Assembly: GCF_963921235.1 (NCBI RefSeq)
Contig: NC_086097.1
Location: forward strand, 112,532,001 to 112,596,000
Origin: Mobula hypostoma
Lineage: Eukaryota
Direction of reading: 5' to 3'
Length of the DNA stretch: 64,000 nt
The position numbers and the translations under genes are program-made. Below are positions 13,746-26,854 of the stretch, piece by piece (the first letter of the stretch is position 1; every line of letters begins with the position of its first letter). The notes beneath the pieces were generated by a model. The model was given only the letters and a program-made list of their open reading frames with translations. It searched no databases and was not told the DNA's origin.

Positions 13746-13994
13746 TGGTTTGTTAAAGAAGGCTTATCCCTGCTGAGGAGTACAATTCTGCTGCAGATTG
13801 CCTTTTCTGCTTTGGGCACTGATAGATTCTATTCTGAGCTCAAATAGTCTATGAAGGAAAACGCCCTTCAAAGTGGCTGGCAAAATCAGAATTCATGTCA
13901 AATAAAATGTTTTGTATTTTATTAGCTTAATCTCACCCTTTCACATCTGCACCAAGACAGCAACAGATGTCCTTACACCCATGCTTAACCCTAC

Positions 13995-14151
13995 CTTTGA
14001 GAGGGCGGAACACTGGGGGACCGAGAACGGGTCCTGCCCATATTGTCCCCTCGATGTAGTGAGCCTGATGGTGAACAATGGTTTGATGACATTACTTGCT
14101 CTGGAACTGATAATGTTGAACTCTGAATTTCTCTCCCATTGTGCCGATAAT
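13995..14151 (-). CDS. RIMS2: RIMS2 exon (157 nt): (D)YRHNGREIQSSTLSVPEQVMSSNHCSPSGSLHRGDNMGRTRSRSPSVPPSQ
   Basis: Acceptor tttttcactgtag| and donor AAG|gtaggg. Carries the RIMS2 QSSTLSVPEQVMSSNHCSPSGS motif. Phase 1 to 2. Confidence 0.93.
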
Positions 14152-14846
14152 CTACAGTGAAAAATATTAGGATAAAAGCAACTTAGAATATGTACATTTT
14201 CTAATACATAGAAAAATACCGATGTACAGAAGTTTGTTTTATATTCTACCTAATTTTATTTTCTACTGACGTCTCTATAATTTGCCATTGTCTACTCTGT
14301 GGGGCCACCCAGGACAAATGCAAACCTTAAGCACTCTTTCTAAAATTCTTGATATTTTCTAGTTGTGTAAGGAGAACTTTAACCTTAAATGCACATTAAA
14401 TTTCTGTTTCCTAACTAGAAATCTAGTAACAAAAACCATCGCACTGCACTTGCATTCCTCAATCTAAATAAAATGAAAATCATTACATTAGGAATGCAAA
14501 ATGTGAACATCCTTGGAGATTGTGAAATAAGATCCACGAGATACAGAATTTCACTCCTACCAGCTTCCTCCCACCAGCTAAGTTTGATCACAAACCACAC
14601 ACAAGCATCCGCACAAAACTGATAATCATCAAACTGTTCTGGAGAGACAGCATAGGCCATTAGCCTTCTGCTTGAATTCTAATTTATTTGCAGTTCTGCA
14701 TGAGCCAGCTTTTAATCGGCTTTGATGCTATTGTGCTTCGAAAGCATTAGTATTTAGAAAGTCAATTATAAATTTTTTGTCTACTAAATGTCTGGTTGGC
14801 TCTAGATATATGTTTATAAAAAATCAGTGAAACTAATTAAAATTTT

Positions 14847-15409
14847 CACTCAGTGGCCACTTTATTAGGTACACATGTACATGCTTATTAATGCAAATAC
14901 CTAATCAGTATTATGTGGCAGCAACTCAACGCATAAAAGTATATAAACACGGTCAAGAGGTTCATTTGTTGTTCAGACCAAACATCAGAATAGGGAAGAA
15001 ATATGATCTAAATGACTTTGAGTAATTGTCGGTGCCAGCCAGGGTGATTTGAGTATCTCAGAAACTGCTGATCTCCAGAGATTTTCACGCAGAACAGTCT
15101 CTGGAGTTTACAGGGAATGATGCAAAAAAATTTTTTTTAAACTCCAGTGAGTGGCAATTCTGTGTGTGAGAATGCCTTGTTAATGAGAGAGGTCAGAGGA
15201 GAATAGCCAGACTGGTTCAAGCTGACAGGATGGCAACAGTAACTCAAATAACCACACATTACAACAGTGGTGTGCAGAAGACCATCTCTCAATACACAAC
15301 ATTTTGAACCTTTAAGTGGATGGGCTATAGCAGCAGATGACCATGAACTCAATGGCCACTGTATAAGGTACCTCTGAGTGTACACTGAATGTAAAGTAGC
15401 CACTAAGTG
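14847..15409 (+). mobile_element. Tc1-derived non-autonomous element (MITE family, copy 1)
   Basis: Left TIR CACTCAGTGGCCACTTTATTAGGTAC and right end TAAAGTAGCCACTAAGTG followed by TA. Contains a decayed Tc1 N-terminal HTH segment. Confidence 0.85.
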
Positions 15410-15493
15410 TACTTTTGATTGAATATACCAATGTGATGATGTGGAAGATATGTAAAAGAAAGAGGTGTGTATTGAACTATTTTAGCTTCATAC

Positions 15494-15565
15494 CTGAAGA
15501 AACAACCCCAATTCCATCATCGCAATCATAGTCGGAAACTTCGCTGTCACTGATGCGTTGTGATC
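15494..15565 (-). CDS. RIMS2: RIMS2 exon (72 nt): (R)SQRISDSEVSDYDCDDGIGVVSS
   Basis: Acceptor tttttag| and donor CAG|gtatga. Recognisable RISDSEVSDYDCDDGIGVV motif. Phase 1 to 1. Confidence 0.93.
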
Positions 15566-16929
15566 CTAAAAATTAAAAATAAGTTACATTTTGCAAAGAA
15601 CAGATGGAATTCATATCAAGTTTTTGTTTTCTCTCACTGTTCACAAAAGAAATAAAACATTATGTATTGAAAACAGGAATTTAATTATAGGAGTAAAGTA
15701 TAAATGAATTTGATACATGTTATAAACTGAAATTAAAATAAATCCCAATAACCTTGTTCTTATTTTCTATGCAGAGCATTTGAAACTAGATATACATAAA
15801 ATCATTCCTGTCCTGGTTATAAAAATGTCTTGCAGTTCCTTGTTTGTCTCAAATTGTGAAATGGTCAAGTGTTTATGGCTTCAGAAAGCAAGTAACTATT
15901 CACCTTCAATATAGACGAATTTCATTCCAAATTAACATGATTTTATAAATTCTGTTTTCATTCTGATTCCAAAAGACTAGTATTATAGAAATAATATCTA
16001 AATATGATCTCTGTCCACAGAAAGTGAGCTTAGATTTCATTTTTCCTTTGGTCTAATACACTTCTAGCAGATCTTTCATCATATCAAGCTCCCAGAATCC
16101 AAAGTAACCACAATACAGCACAATCCAGAAGAGCTCTCAGTTATCCATGCTTTCCTATGGACTGTTTTTTAGAACTTGTACTTCTTCCCATATTGTTAAT
16201 TATTCTAGCTTAACATCAACTAGAGAGAAGAACTGCTAATATCTGCGAGAATACTTGCATTATTGAAAAGTCCTAACACATTGAGCAAAATCTGCTAAGA
16301 GACACAGGACAATTCGTGTGAATTAGTGTGACTCTTAAGCCTCTCTTTGCTACAGTTTTACCAAGCGAAGTCGATTTACATGTCCATTTTGCTTGCATTG
16401 GATAACAATAAACAGAAGCTATTTTGTGCTTCAAGACCACATTGCTGTTAAGGGTTTTATAGGACTCAAATCACATCATTGGAATATCTTGAGATATTCC
16501 CATCCCCATGCAATCCTACATTTGCTGAGCTGGATAAATGACTGACCTACATATAAATATTTTAAATACTAATGTCGCGCTTATGAGATATTGAACTGCA
16601 TAGGGGATGAAGAACTGGCATCGCTTATGAACTTAGCTGAAACTGAATATTCCAGGACTATTTTGTTGACTTTGTGGTTTTGCTTGTTTTTTTGTCATAT
16701 GCACCATTTGTTCTTTTTTTGCATGTTGGTGGTTTAATGTTTTTCTTTGAACGGGTTCCAAGGTTTTCTTTTGTTTCATAACTTTCTGGGGGAGGATGAA
16801 TCTGTATATGGCTGTATATGACATACATACAGTATTTTGAAAATGTTGAAAGTTTACTTTGAAACAGTAAATGTGTTTTGAATCTTGAATCTTTGACCCT
16901 TTGAAGGAACCTGCGTACATACGGGTCAT

Positions 16930-17430
16930 AAGACCACTTTATTAGATGCACCTGTCCATCTGCTTAATAATAAGAATATCTAATCAGTCAAACATATGAC
17001 AGCATCTCAGTGCATAAAAGCATGCAGAGATGGTCAAGAGGTTCAGTTATGGTTCAGAACAAACATCAGAATGGGGAAGAAGTATGTTCCAAATAACTTT
17101 TACTGTAGAATGATCGTCAGTGCCAGATAGTGGTTTAAGTATCTCAGAAACTGCTGTTCCCCTGGGATTTTCACACACAACAGTTTCCAGAGTTAACAGA
17201 GAATGGATGCTTGAGTAGCAGTTCTGTGGGTGAAAACCCCTTGTTAATGAGAGAGGTCAGAGGAGAGTGGCCAGACAGATTCAAGATGACAAGAAGGCAA
17301 TGGTAACTCAACCATGTTCTGAAGAACATCTCTGAATACAAGACACATTGAACGTTGAAGCGGATGAGCTACAGCACCAGAGGTCCACACTGGGTTTCAC
17401 TCCTGTATCTGATAAAGTGAAAACTCTGTG
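16930..17430 (+). mobile_element. Tc1-derived MITE, copy 2
   Basis: Collinear with copies 1, 3 and 4 (aacatcagaatggggaagaa, tatctcagaaactgctg). Boundaries approximate. Confidence 0.8.
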
Positions 17431-18099
17431 TTAGAACATAGCATCAGTTTTATGATGGGGTTAATTATAAAGTTCCATTATAACAGTAAGAGCTCCATTG
17501 AGAAAAATATTCCATTTTTCTGCTAGTTCCGCAGAAACACAGTAGTCGCTATTGCTGCTGCTAATTGGTAGTCTGCTAGGGCTGAATGGTTACAGTGTGA
17601 AGATTATAAGAATTCTGAATTTTGGTAGGAAAACATTTATGTATAATTTCCCTGAGGGGATTAAACAGCTGGACTGTGGATCCCAATTTTAACTTCTACT
17701 TTTTAGATAGCATGCTGCAAGGTAGTGAGGACTGACATAGACATGAAAATTTTGCCTTCTTGAAAAGTACCAATGTTAAACTACCCTTTCATCTAAGTGT
17801 ACAACACACTGGGTTCTTTTCAAATACAAGATCTGTTCGATAGGAACAAAAGCCAAAGTATTCAAGTTGGCTGGCTGCCTCATTCACCCAACTTGTGCTC
17901 TCTTCATGCCCATTTTAACCCTGCCTTTGTGTGTGAATATAGATTTTGTTGACCCCCAGATTCAGGCGACAAAGCATAACAAGGCCATAAAAGCAGGGTG
18001 AGCCTCAGGTGACACTCCATTGAGCCCTGAGCCTAGAATACTTTGAGAGCTTATGACAGAAGGTAAGGCTGGGGTCTAGCTCATATCTCAGCTTTTCTT

Positions 18100-19760
18100 T
18101 GCAAGTGTTCTTCATGGTACAAAATTGCTTAATGTCATTTCCAGTACACAAGGGTAAATGAGAATTAAATAATCATTAGATAAAGAAAACAATATTAAAA
18201 AAACACAATAAATATAAATACAGGAGTCAGTTTGTATATAGAATAATTCTATGTCCATTAAGAGATGCTAGGCACCAAAGTATCAGTACACTAGGTGACT
18301 GACAGAAAATAATAAATTGGTGGTGGTAGGGGGTATGAAGGGTTGAGTTAGTGGGTGGCAATGTTGATCAGCCTTACTGCCTGGGGAAAGTAACTGTTTT
18401 TGATTCTGGTGGTCCAGGTTTGGATGCTTCATAGCCTCCTCCCTGATGGGAGTGGGACAGACACTCCACGAGCCGGATGGGTGGGATTCTTCATGATGTT
18501 ATTAGTCCTTTTCCAGCACCTTTCTGCATATGTATATTGGACCCATAGCTCCAATCTGCTAATTGTTTGCTGACAATACTACATTGATTGGCCGTATCTC
18601 AAATAATAGTGAGGCAGCCTACAGAGAAGAAGTCATCACCTTGACACAGTGGTGTCAAGAGAACAACATCTCTCTCAATGTCGCAAAAACCAAGGAGCCG
18701 GTTGTAGACTACAGGAGGAATGGAGTCAGGCTAATTCCTATTGACATCAATGGATGTGGTGTTGAGAGGGTGAACAGCTTTAAGTTCCTCGGCATACACA
18801 TCACCGAGGATTTCATGTGGTCTGTGTGGAGAAGAAAGCACAACAGTGCCTCTTTCACCTCAGACCGATTGAAGAAGTTTGGCTTCACTCCCCAGTTCCT
18901 AAGAATTTTCTACAGGGGCATGGTTGAGAGCATCCTGGCTGGCTGTATCACTGTCTGGTATGGGAACTGAACTTCCCTCAATCGCATAACTCTGCAGAGA
19001 GTGGCACAGACAGCGCAGTGCATCTGTGGATGTGAACTTCTCACTTTTCAGGATGTTTACAGAGACAAGGGTATAAAAAGGGTCCAAAGGATCATTGGGG
19101 ACCTGAATCACACCAACCACAAACTGTTCCAGCTGCTACCATCCGGCAAACGGTACCGCAGCATTAAAGCCAGGGCCAGCAGGCTCTGGGACAGCTTCTT
19201 CCACCAGGGCATCAGACTGATTAATTCACGCTGATACAATTGTATTTCTATGTTCTGTTGACTGTCCTGTTGTACATGCTATTTATTACAATTTACTATA
19301 AATTGCACATTGCACATTTAGACGGAGACGTAACGTGAAGATTTTTACTCCTCATGTATGTGAAGGATGTAAGTAATAAAGTCAATTCAATTCAATTCAA
19401 AATGTGTCCTTAATGGCAGGTAGGCTGGTGGCAGAGATGCGTTGGGCATTTTGACTATCCACTGTAGAGCCTTCCCGTCTGCCACAATCAATTTCCATAC
19501 CAAGCAGTTCTGCAGCATATTAGGAAGCTCCCTACTATACATCTGTAGAAGGAGATGTGCATAATCCAGCTCTCTTTAGCCTCCTGAGAAAGTAGAGGTT
19601 AGTGAGATATCCTGATTGTGAGGGATGTGTTCTGGGGCAATGAGAGGCTGTATGAGATGTGTACTCACAGGAGTTTGAAACTGCTTGCAGTTTCCACTGC
19701 TGTGCTGCTGATATAAAGAGAGGTGTGAGTTCTCCTAAACTTGATAATCATCTCCTTTGT
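18100..19760 (-). mobile_element. Older Rex1/Babar-like LINE 3' fragment, split by the 18540-19400 insertion
   Basis: Minus-strand Rex1-type 3' sequence at 18360-18530 continues at 19401-19760. Confidence 0.6.
18540..19400 (+). mobile_element. Rex1/Babar-type LINE 3' end (RT C-terminus)
   Basis: Fragments FADNTTLIGRISNNSEAAYREEV, FKFLGIHITED, ESILAGCITVWYGN and LFQLLPSGKRYRS. AATAAA followed by a (CAATT)n tail. Confidence 0.85.
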
Positions 19761-20724
19761 CTTATACTGATATGTATAGAACCTATAAAAAGTATTCCCC
19801 CCACCCCAGAAGAAGTATTCATGTTTAATTGTTTTACAGCATTGAATCACAGTGGAGTTTGACACTGATCAGCAGAAAAAAACTCTTCTCGGTCAAAGTG
19901 AAAATGGATCTCTACAAAGTGATCTAAGTTAATTACAAATATAAAACACAAAATTCTTGATTGCATAAGTATTCACCCCCACTTTAATATGACACACCAA
20001 ATCGTCACTAGTGCAGCCAATTGGTTACGGAGGTCACATAATTAGTTAAATGGAGATCACCTGTGAACAGTCAAGGTGTTTCAATTGATTGTAGTAAAAA
20101 TATACCTGTATTTGGAAGATCAAACTGCTGGTGAGTCGGTATGCTGACAAAAACTACACTATGAAGACAAAAGAACACTCCAAATAACTCTGAGAAAAGG
20201 TTATTGAAAAGCACAAGTCAGGAGATGGATACAAGAAAATTTCCAAGTCACTGAATATCCCTTAGAATGCAGTTAGGTCAACCATCAAGAAATGGAAAGA
20301 ATATGGCACAGTTAAATCTGCTTAGAGCAGGCCATCCTCAAAAACTCAGTGACTGTGCAAGAAGGGGACTAGTGAGGGAGACCACTAAGAGACCTATGAC
20401 AACTCTGGAGGAGTTACAAGCTTCAGTGGCTGAGATGGGAGAGACTGTGCATAATACAAATGTTGCCTGGGTGCTTCAAAATCGGGTGCTTCACCAATCG
20501 CAGCTTTATGGGACAGCGGCAAAGAGAAAACCTCTGTTGAAGAAAACTCACATGAAATCTCAGCTAGAGGTTAGCAGAAGGCACATGGGAGACTCTGAAG
20601 TCAGCTGAAAGAAGTTTTTATGGTCTTATGAAACCAAAATTGAGGTTTTTGGCCATCAGACTAAACGCTATGATTGGCTTATGCCAAACACCACACATCA
20701 TCAAAAACACACGATTCCTACCAT

Positions 20725-21064
20725 CATAACACATAAAAATTGCTGGTGAATGCAGCAGGCCAGGCAGCATCTCTAGGAAGAGGTACAGTCGACGTTTTGG
20801 GCCAAGACCCTTCGTTAGGACTAACTGAAAGAAGAGCTAGTAATAGATTTGAAAGTGGGAGGGGCAGGGCTTTTGGATCTCCTCCTCCCCCTCCCACTTT
20901 CAAATCTCTTACTAGCTCTTCTTTCAGTTAGTCCTGACGAAGGGTCTCGGCCCGAAACGTTGACTGTACCTCTTTCTAGAGATGCTGCCTGGCCTGCTGC
21001 GTTCACCAGCAACTTTTATGTGTGTTGCTTGAAATTCCAGCATCTGCAGATTTCCTCGTGTTTG
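20725..21064. mobile_element. Palindromic Penelope-like (inverted pLTR) insertion
   Basis: 13-bp TSD CGATTCCTACCAT at 20712-20724 and 21065-21077. Inverted arms at about 20728-20864 and 20888-21027. Confidence 0.85.
20930..20965 (+). ncRNA. Minimal type I hammerhead ribozyme motif (Penelope pLTR type)
   Basis: Reads AGTC-CTGACGA-A-GGGTCTCGGCCC-GAAA-CGTT-GACT. Stem I is AGTC/GACT, the CUGANGA and GAAA core is intact, stem II forms a hairpin, and palindromic ACGU replaces helix III. Confidence 0.75.
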
Positions 21065-23111
21065 CGATTCCTACCATGAAGCATGGTGGTGGATGCACTG
21101 CAGCAGGCCCCAGAAGGCTTGAGAAGGTAGAAGGTAAAATTAATACAGCAAAATACAAGAAAATCCTGGAGAAAACCTGATGCAGTCCGCAAGAGAACTG
21201 CGACTTGGGAGAAGATTTGTTTTTCCGAAAGACAGTGACACCAAGCACAAGGCCAAAGCTACACAGGAATGGCTTAAAACAAAGTTAATGTCCTGGAGTG
21301 GCCAAGTCAAAGTCCAGAGCTCAATCCAATTGAGAATTTGTGGCTGGACTTGAGAAGGGTTATTCACTGACAAACCCCATGAAATCTGACAGAGCTTGAG
21401 CAGTTTGTAAAGAAGAATGGGGAAAGATTGCAGTGCCCAGATGTGCGAAGCCGATAGAGACCTACCCACACAGATTCAAAGCTGTAATTGCTGACAAAGT
21501 TGCATCTACTAAATACTGACTTGAAGGGGGTGAATACTTATGCAATCAATTATTTTGTGTTTTATATTTGTAATTAATATAGATCACATTGTATGTTTTC
21601 ACTTTGACATGAATGAATCTTTTTCTGTTGATCAGTGGGGGGGGGTGGGGGGGGGGAAGCCAAACTAAATCCACTGTGATTCAATGTTGTAAAACAACAT
21701 GAAAACTTCCAAGCATTCATGCATAAAGTACACAAAATAAACTAAACTTTTCCTTCCAAATATAAAATTGCAACTCCATTTAGATCTTTGTGAGACAGGT
21801 GAGGGTGGGTTAATCCCATGGCACAGTGCCTAGGAATCCAAATATGAACTCAAGTGAAAACCAGTAAAGGAACAAAGTGCCAGTTTCACCATTGCTTGGC
21901 ATACCGCCCTTCCTGGGCATGCAACAGTGCTGTACAAGTCCAGAATACTTACCCATAATTCACTGAGTATAGGCAATGCTGCTCAGTACTTCAAATTCTG
22001 CGTTAAGTTAGACAAACTCTGCGAGTTGTACAAGGTCAATGAAACCGTGGCTGGTGGACTTATATTTGCAGTTTTAGGTTTCTTTGTAGGTCACCCTCTG
22101 GCTTAAAAAATTCCTCTTTATCTCTTTACTAAAGGGACGTCCTTGTATTCTGAGGCTGTCCTACACTCACCAACTATAGGAAACATCCTCTCCATGTCCA
22201 CTTTATTGAGTCCATTCAGTATTTGATAGGTTTCAATGAAATTCCCCTCATTCTTCTAAACTCCGGCGAGTACTGGCTCAGAGCCATTAAACACTCCTCA
22301 TACGTAAACTTTTTCCACACCTGCTTCCTTGTCCCAAAGACAGGTTAGTCTCTGAACAAAGGCTTTTATATTGAAATCCATTTGTCTAATGGATATTTTA
22401 GTGTGTAACATGCTTATTTTTTCTAACATATTTGTTTATATTATGCACGTACTGGGCATCAATCATGTGATATACCTGATCCTCAAACTTCTATAACTCA
22501 CCAGATTGCAGCAAGTCAAAAGTTTCATTATGTACATAATTAGTAAACGGTATCGCACACTTCCAGTTCCTTGAGTACATATTTGAAGGTTACTATGTTA
22601 TTTTGCTTCCAAACCAGATGATTGAAATAATATTTTATTGCTTTGTCCTCACTGCATTTGTCACCAACTGCAATGGCAATTGCTATTTTTTTCCCTACAA
22701 CATTATTTCATTTGTAATGTAAACACCATACCTGAAACAGGCAAGATTTTCCAGCAGATGCCAGCATTTGGCTGTGCTCTTGTCCCTTTGAAGTTCCAGC
22801 ACTTCATGGAAGGCAAGCAGTTCACAAATCACTGGGGAATAGATCTTTAAGATTGTAGGGACAGAAGTGCAGAGAGATCCAGAAATTCTAGATAAGGCAA
22901 TCAGCAACAGAAAAATAGTTGTTCGCACCAGAGACCTGGGAGGCCATCCAAGGCATCAGCCTTGCCTGGGAGAAGAAGGTAGCTCCAGGTGTGACACCCC
23001 ATGTGATATGTTGCAATAAAGAAAAGGGTATTATCCTCATTTTCTACACTCATTAGTGACCCAGGTTGTGTGCAACTGCTTCTTGTCATTCCAGACTGGC
23101 AGAGAAATTCC

Positions 23112-23230
23112 TGCTCAGCATCAACTGAGATATCTCCACTACCAAGGCAGAAAATCACTGATGTAGGTGATTGCTCAGCATCATCTGAAATATCACCACT
23201 ACCAAGGCAGAAAATCACTTATGCAGGTGA
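23112..23230. repeat. Tandem duplication with a 60-bp unit (2 copies)
   Basis: tgctcagcatca.ctga.atatc.ccactaccaaggcagaaaatcact.atg.aggtga occurs twice at a period of 60. Confidence 0.9.
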
Positions 23231-23522
23231 ATTGCATGAGAGAGGTCATCTGAAATTAGAGAGTTGCGGTTTGGTAAGAGGGGAAACAAATCAAGTGTGT
23301 CGAGTCGCCATATTGTAAGAATGGTGCCCTGTTGGGATCATATGAAGACCATGTGAGTGATGCATTCAGAGAAAAGCTCTTAGAAATGCATGGTGAGATG
23401 CTTGTTGCAATGTGTTATCTGCGAATCCAATGCACAAGATAACTGAGCACTGGTAAGAATCCTTGTCCTTTTGTGCCAAGGATTATGGAGGGCTAGGAGA
23501 GAATCACTTCTATTGGTACATA

Positions 23523-24035
23523 TAAACAGTAGCCACTTTATTAGGTACGCATGTGCACCTGCTTGTTAATGCATATATCAAATCAACCAATCATGTGGCA
23601 GCAACTCAATGCATAAAAGCATGCAGACATGGTCAAAAGGTTCAGTTGTTGTTCAGAATGGGGAAGAAATGTGATCTAAGTGACATTGATCATAGACTGT
23701 TTGTTAGTGCCAGAAAGAGTGGTTTGAGTATCTCAGAAACTGCTGATCTCCTAGGATTTTCATGCACAGCTGTCTAGAGTTTACAGAGAATGGTGTGAAA
23801 AACAAAAAAAAACACCCAGAGAGCGACAGTTCTGTGGGCAAAAATGCCTTGGTAATAAGAGAGGTCAGGGGAGACCAGACTGGTTTAGGTTGACAGGAAG
23901 GTGGCAGTAATTCAAATAACCACAGTGGTGTGCAGAAGAGCATCTCAGAATACACAACACGACGAACCTTGAAGTAGATGGCTACAACAGCAGAAGACCA
24001 TGAACATACACTCATTAGCCACTTTTTTAGGTACA
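23523..24035 (+). mobile_element. Tc1-derived MITE, copy 3
   Basis: Starts with gccactttattaggtac and encodes the remnant MGKKCDLSDIDH...GLSISETADLLGFS. Confidence 0.85.
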
Positions 24036-26854
24036 CAGCAGTTGATGGATATTGCCTCAGCTTCCAAAGCTATACCAGTACTTAGTATGCTCATGGAATC
24101 TCAGGTCAGACCCATCAGAGCTCCACTAACTGTGAGCAGGCAGCACGTCAGTCTCCTGAGAGAAAAGTCTAGAGTTTTTCAGGATCAGAGAGACTCCTCA
24201 CTGGATAACAAAGTATCCAGAGGGAAGCAGTCAGGTAGTCATTAGGGTTGGTTGTGTCACTCTGCTTCAGTGTCTATGTGCTCCCACAGGTGGTTTGCAC
24301 AACAGGTTTGGCACTTGTGCTTGTGAATATGCACCTTCCCGTTAATTACTGTTTCATTACGGTGGTATTTAATGGCCTTCTTTTTGTTGCAATCTTTTTG
24401 AGACTTAACTCAAAGCAAGGCAGTGTTATGCTCCTTGCTTACCCTCGTCATTGTCTGGGAAAGAGGACTACAGTCTCAACAGATGCTGTAAAGACGCGGT
24501 ATTCATTTGCTATTTAGTTATTGCTTCCTGCCGCAATGTTGCCATGCCATTTAACTTTTAGTTTGAGGGTTTTAGTTAATGGTCCTTTTGGCCCAGCATT
24601 TATTGTTCTCCTTTCCTTCTAAATTCTGCAACAGTTCTCATTAAAGTCAGTGAACTGTCGACCCGCTTCACACTTGGAACATATCCAAACATTCTGACAG
24701 GCTGGGTCTGGAACAGCATCATTATTTTGTTAAAGTTGCCCAAAATGAAAGGCATGCAATATTTGAAAAAATAGTAACTTTCATTTAACTTATGCATTGA
24801 ATAATGCACTTGTCTTTAAGCTTTATATCTGATGCCTATGCAGGTAATATATTGAATAATAAGTGGCCAAGCCCAAGTTAGATTAATATATTGTACAGTG
24901 TGGCATTGCATTCAAAGTATATTTCTGATTTCCACTAATGAAACAGAATTTTAAATCATTGAAACACATTGCTATCATTTGTTTACATCATCATAAGAGG
25001 AAAAACCGTGCCTCATCTTTAAAGTTGACCCTGTGGCTGATATTTCCATAGTATCTATTGATGATGATGATGATGATCTATTGTAAATTGGTAAATTGTA
25101 AATGGGTAATTTAGTTTGCTAATGTCATATGTACCAAGGTAGTGAAAAGCATACTGCTCATACAGAACAATTCATCGCAACAGTCTATTGAGGTTATACA
25201 ATAACAAAGTACAGAATAGAGTTAGAGAGGAAGTGGGGTGCAGGTAGACAATAATGTGCAAGGTCATAATAAGGAGGGTTGTGGTCCTGTATGGGCAGGA
25301 GAAGTGAGGTCCGATGGCTCCCAGTTTTTGGGGTCCTGTCATCAGTGGGTCCAGAGCTCAAGGCCTGGTGTCTGGTGATCAGTGGGTCCCAGGGTCAATG
25401 CAAGGATCAAGGTCCAGGGCTCAAATTGAAAGTCGAAGCCCATTAGCCGGAGCCCCAGGTTTGCGAATCTCTTCCAGTCTCTCGGGCAGTTAAAGGCCCA
25501 ATGTCTGTGTGCCACGTCCAAACTTGGTGCCGCTGGAGACTGCCTTGGGGTGAGAAGACTATATATTGCATGGGTGGGAGGGAGGCACATGCTTGTTTTA
25601 TTGTAGTTTTGTTCCTGTTGTGTTCTATTTTGTGTTGTTCCGCTGAGTATTGTGGGTATTCCGTGTTGGTGTTGGAATGTGTGTCGACATGTGTGGAATG
25701 TGTGCTCCCAGCAACACTGCAGTATGTTTTAATGTATATGCGATAAGTAAACTTGTATCTTGAATCTTACAGTGAAGTTGGTAATGTTTAAGGAAGATTT
25801 ATGTTAGTTTTACAAGGACTGTGTAGGTGTCTGGAATGAACTGCTGGGAAGAGTAGCTGAAGCAGATATGGCAGCGACATTTAAGAGACATTTAGGAGTC
25901 ACTGAATAGTCGAAGAAGATTGTAGCATATGAGCAGCCAGATGGATTTAGTTTGAATTGGCATCATGGTTGACACAAACATTGCGGGCTGAAGGGCCTTC
26001 TTCCTGTGGTGCATTATTTTTATGTTTGAAATTTCAAATATGGACATTAGTTCTCATAGATCCTGTGGGAAGATTGGTTGAGGAGGGGACTGGGTTTAAG
26101 AATGAAGAACACTTGATGAGGTCATTGCTTCATTCTTAAGGACTCCCATCAATGTCCGCATTCTTTCTGAAGAGGATCTCAGTTCCAGCTAAGCCAGCAG
26201 GGACACCTAGTGTGTGCTGACTGATATGAGTTCTTCTAGTCCTGACGTGGCAGAGAAGCTCCATATTTAAGACAGAGGTATGAAGCAGGAAATGGCACAC
26301 TTTAATATATACCATGGGAAAGAATGTAAAAGGTTTTACAGTATTAAAGACTTCATTGCAGGGCACATGAAAGAAAAAGGCAATTAGGCAAATTCAGCAT
26401 GACTTGGTGAATGGAAATCCTATTTGACTGACTTACTGAAGCTTTTTGAACGAGTAACATGCTCTGGATGAAGGGAACCACTGACATACCACATGCTTTC
26501 CAGAAGGCATTTCAAGTCATAAGAATAAATGATCGTTTGTACAGCACAGAAATGAGCTCATTACCTCACTGTGTCCAAACTGACATGTTTGTCAATCTAC
26601 ACTAATCGCACATTTGAATATTATCTTTTGTGCCCTGAATATTTAACCATCTGTCTAAATACACCTTAATTGTAGTGATTGCATCAGATTCCACCGCCGT
26701 TTCTGGCAGTGCATTCTAGATATCAATAATTCAGTGTAAAAAATGAAGCTTACCTCCAATCTTACCTTAAACCTATTTCCTTTTGTTTTTGATACCCCTA
26801 CAGTGGGAAAACATTTTGACTATATACTCCACCTGTGCCTCTCATAATGTTATA

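Larger units (their letters stand above)
19775..21712 (+). mobile_element. Decayed Tc1 transposon with long IR/DR-type inverted repeats
   Basis: Inverted ends of about 200 bp (TGCATAAGTATTCACCCC / GGGGTGAATACTTATGCA). Transposase remnant from ATG 20161 (MKTKEHSK*...SGDGYKKISKSL) with a later [10 protein letters not shown]. Many stops. Confidence 0.9.

Noticed and set aside
21636..21656. G-run as a functional G-quadruplex
   Set aside because: It lies within a Tc1 inverted repeat and is absent from the other end, so it is probably a local expansion.
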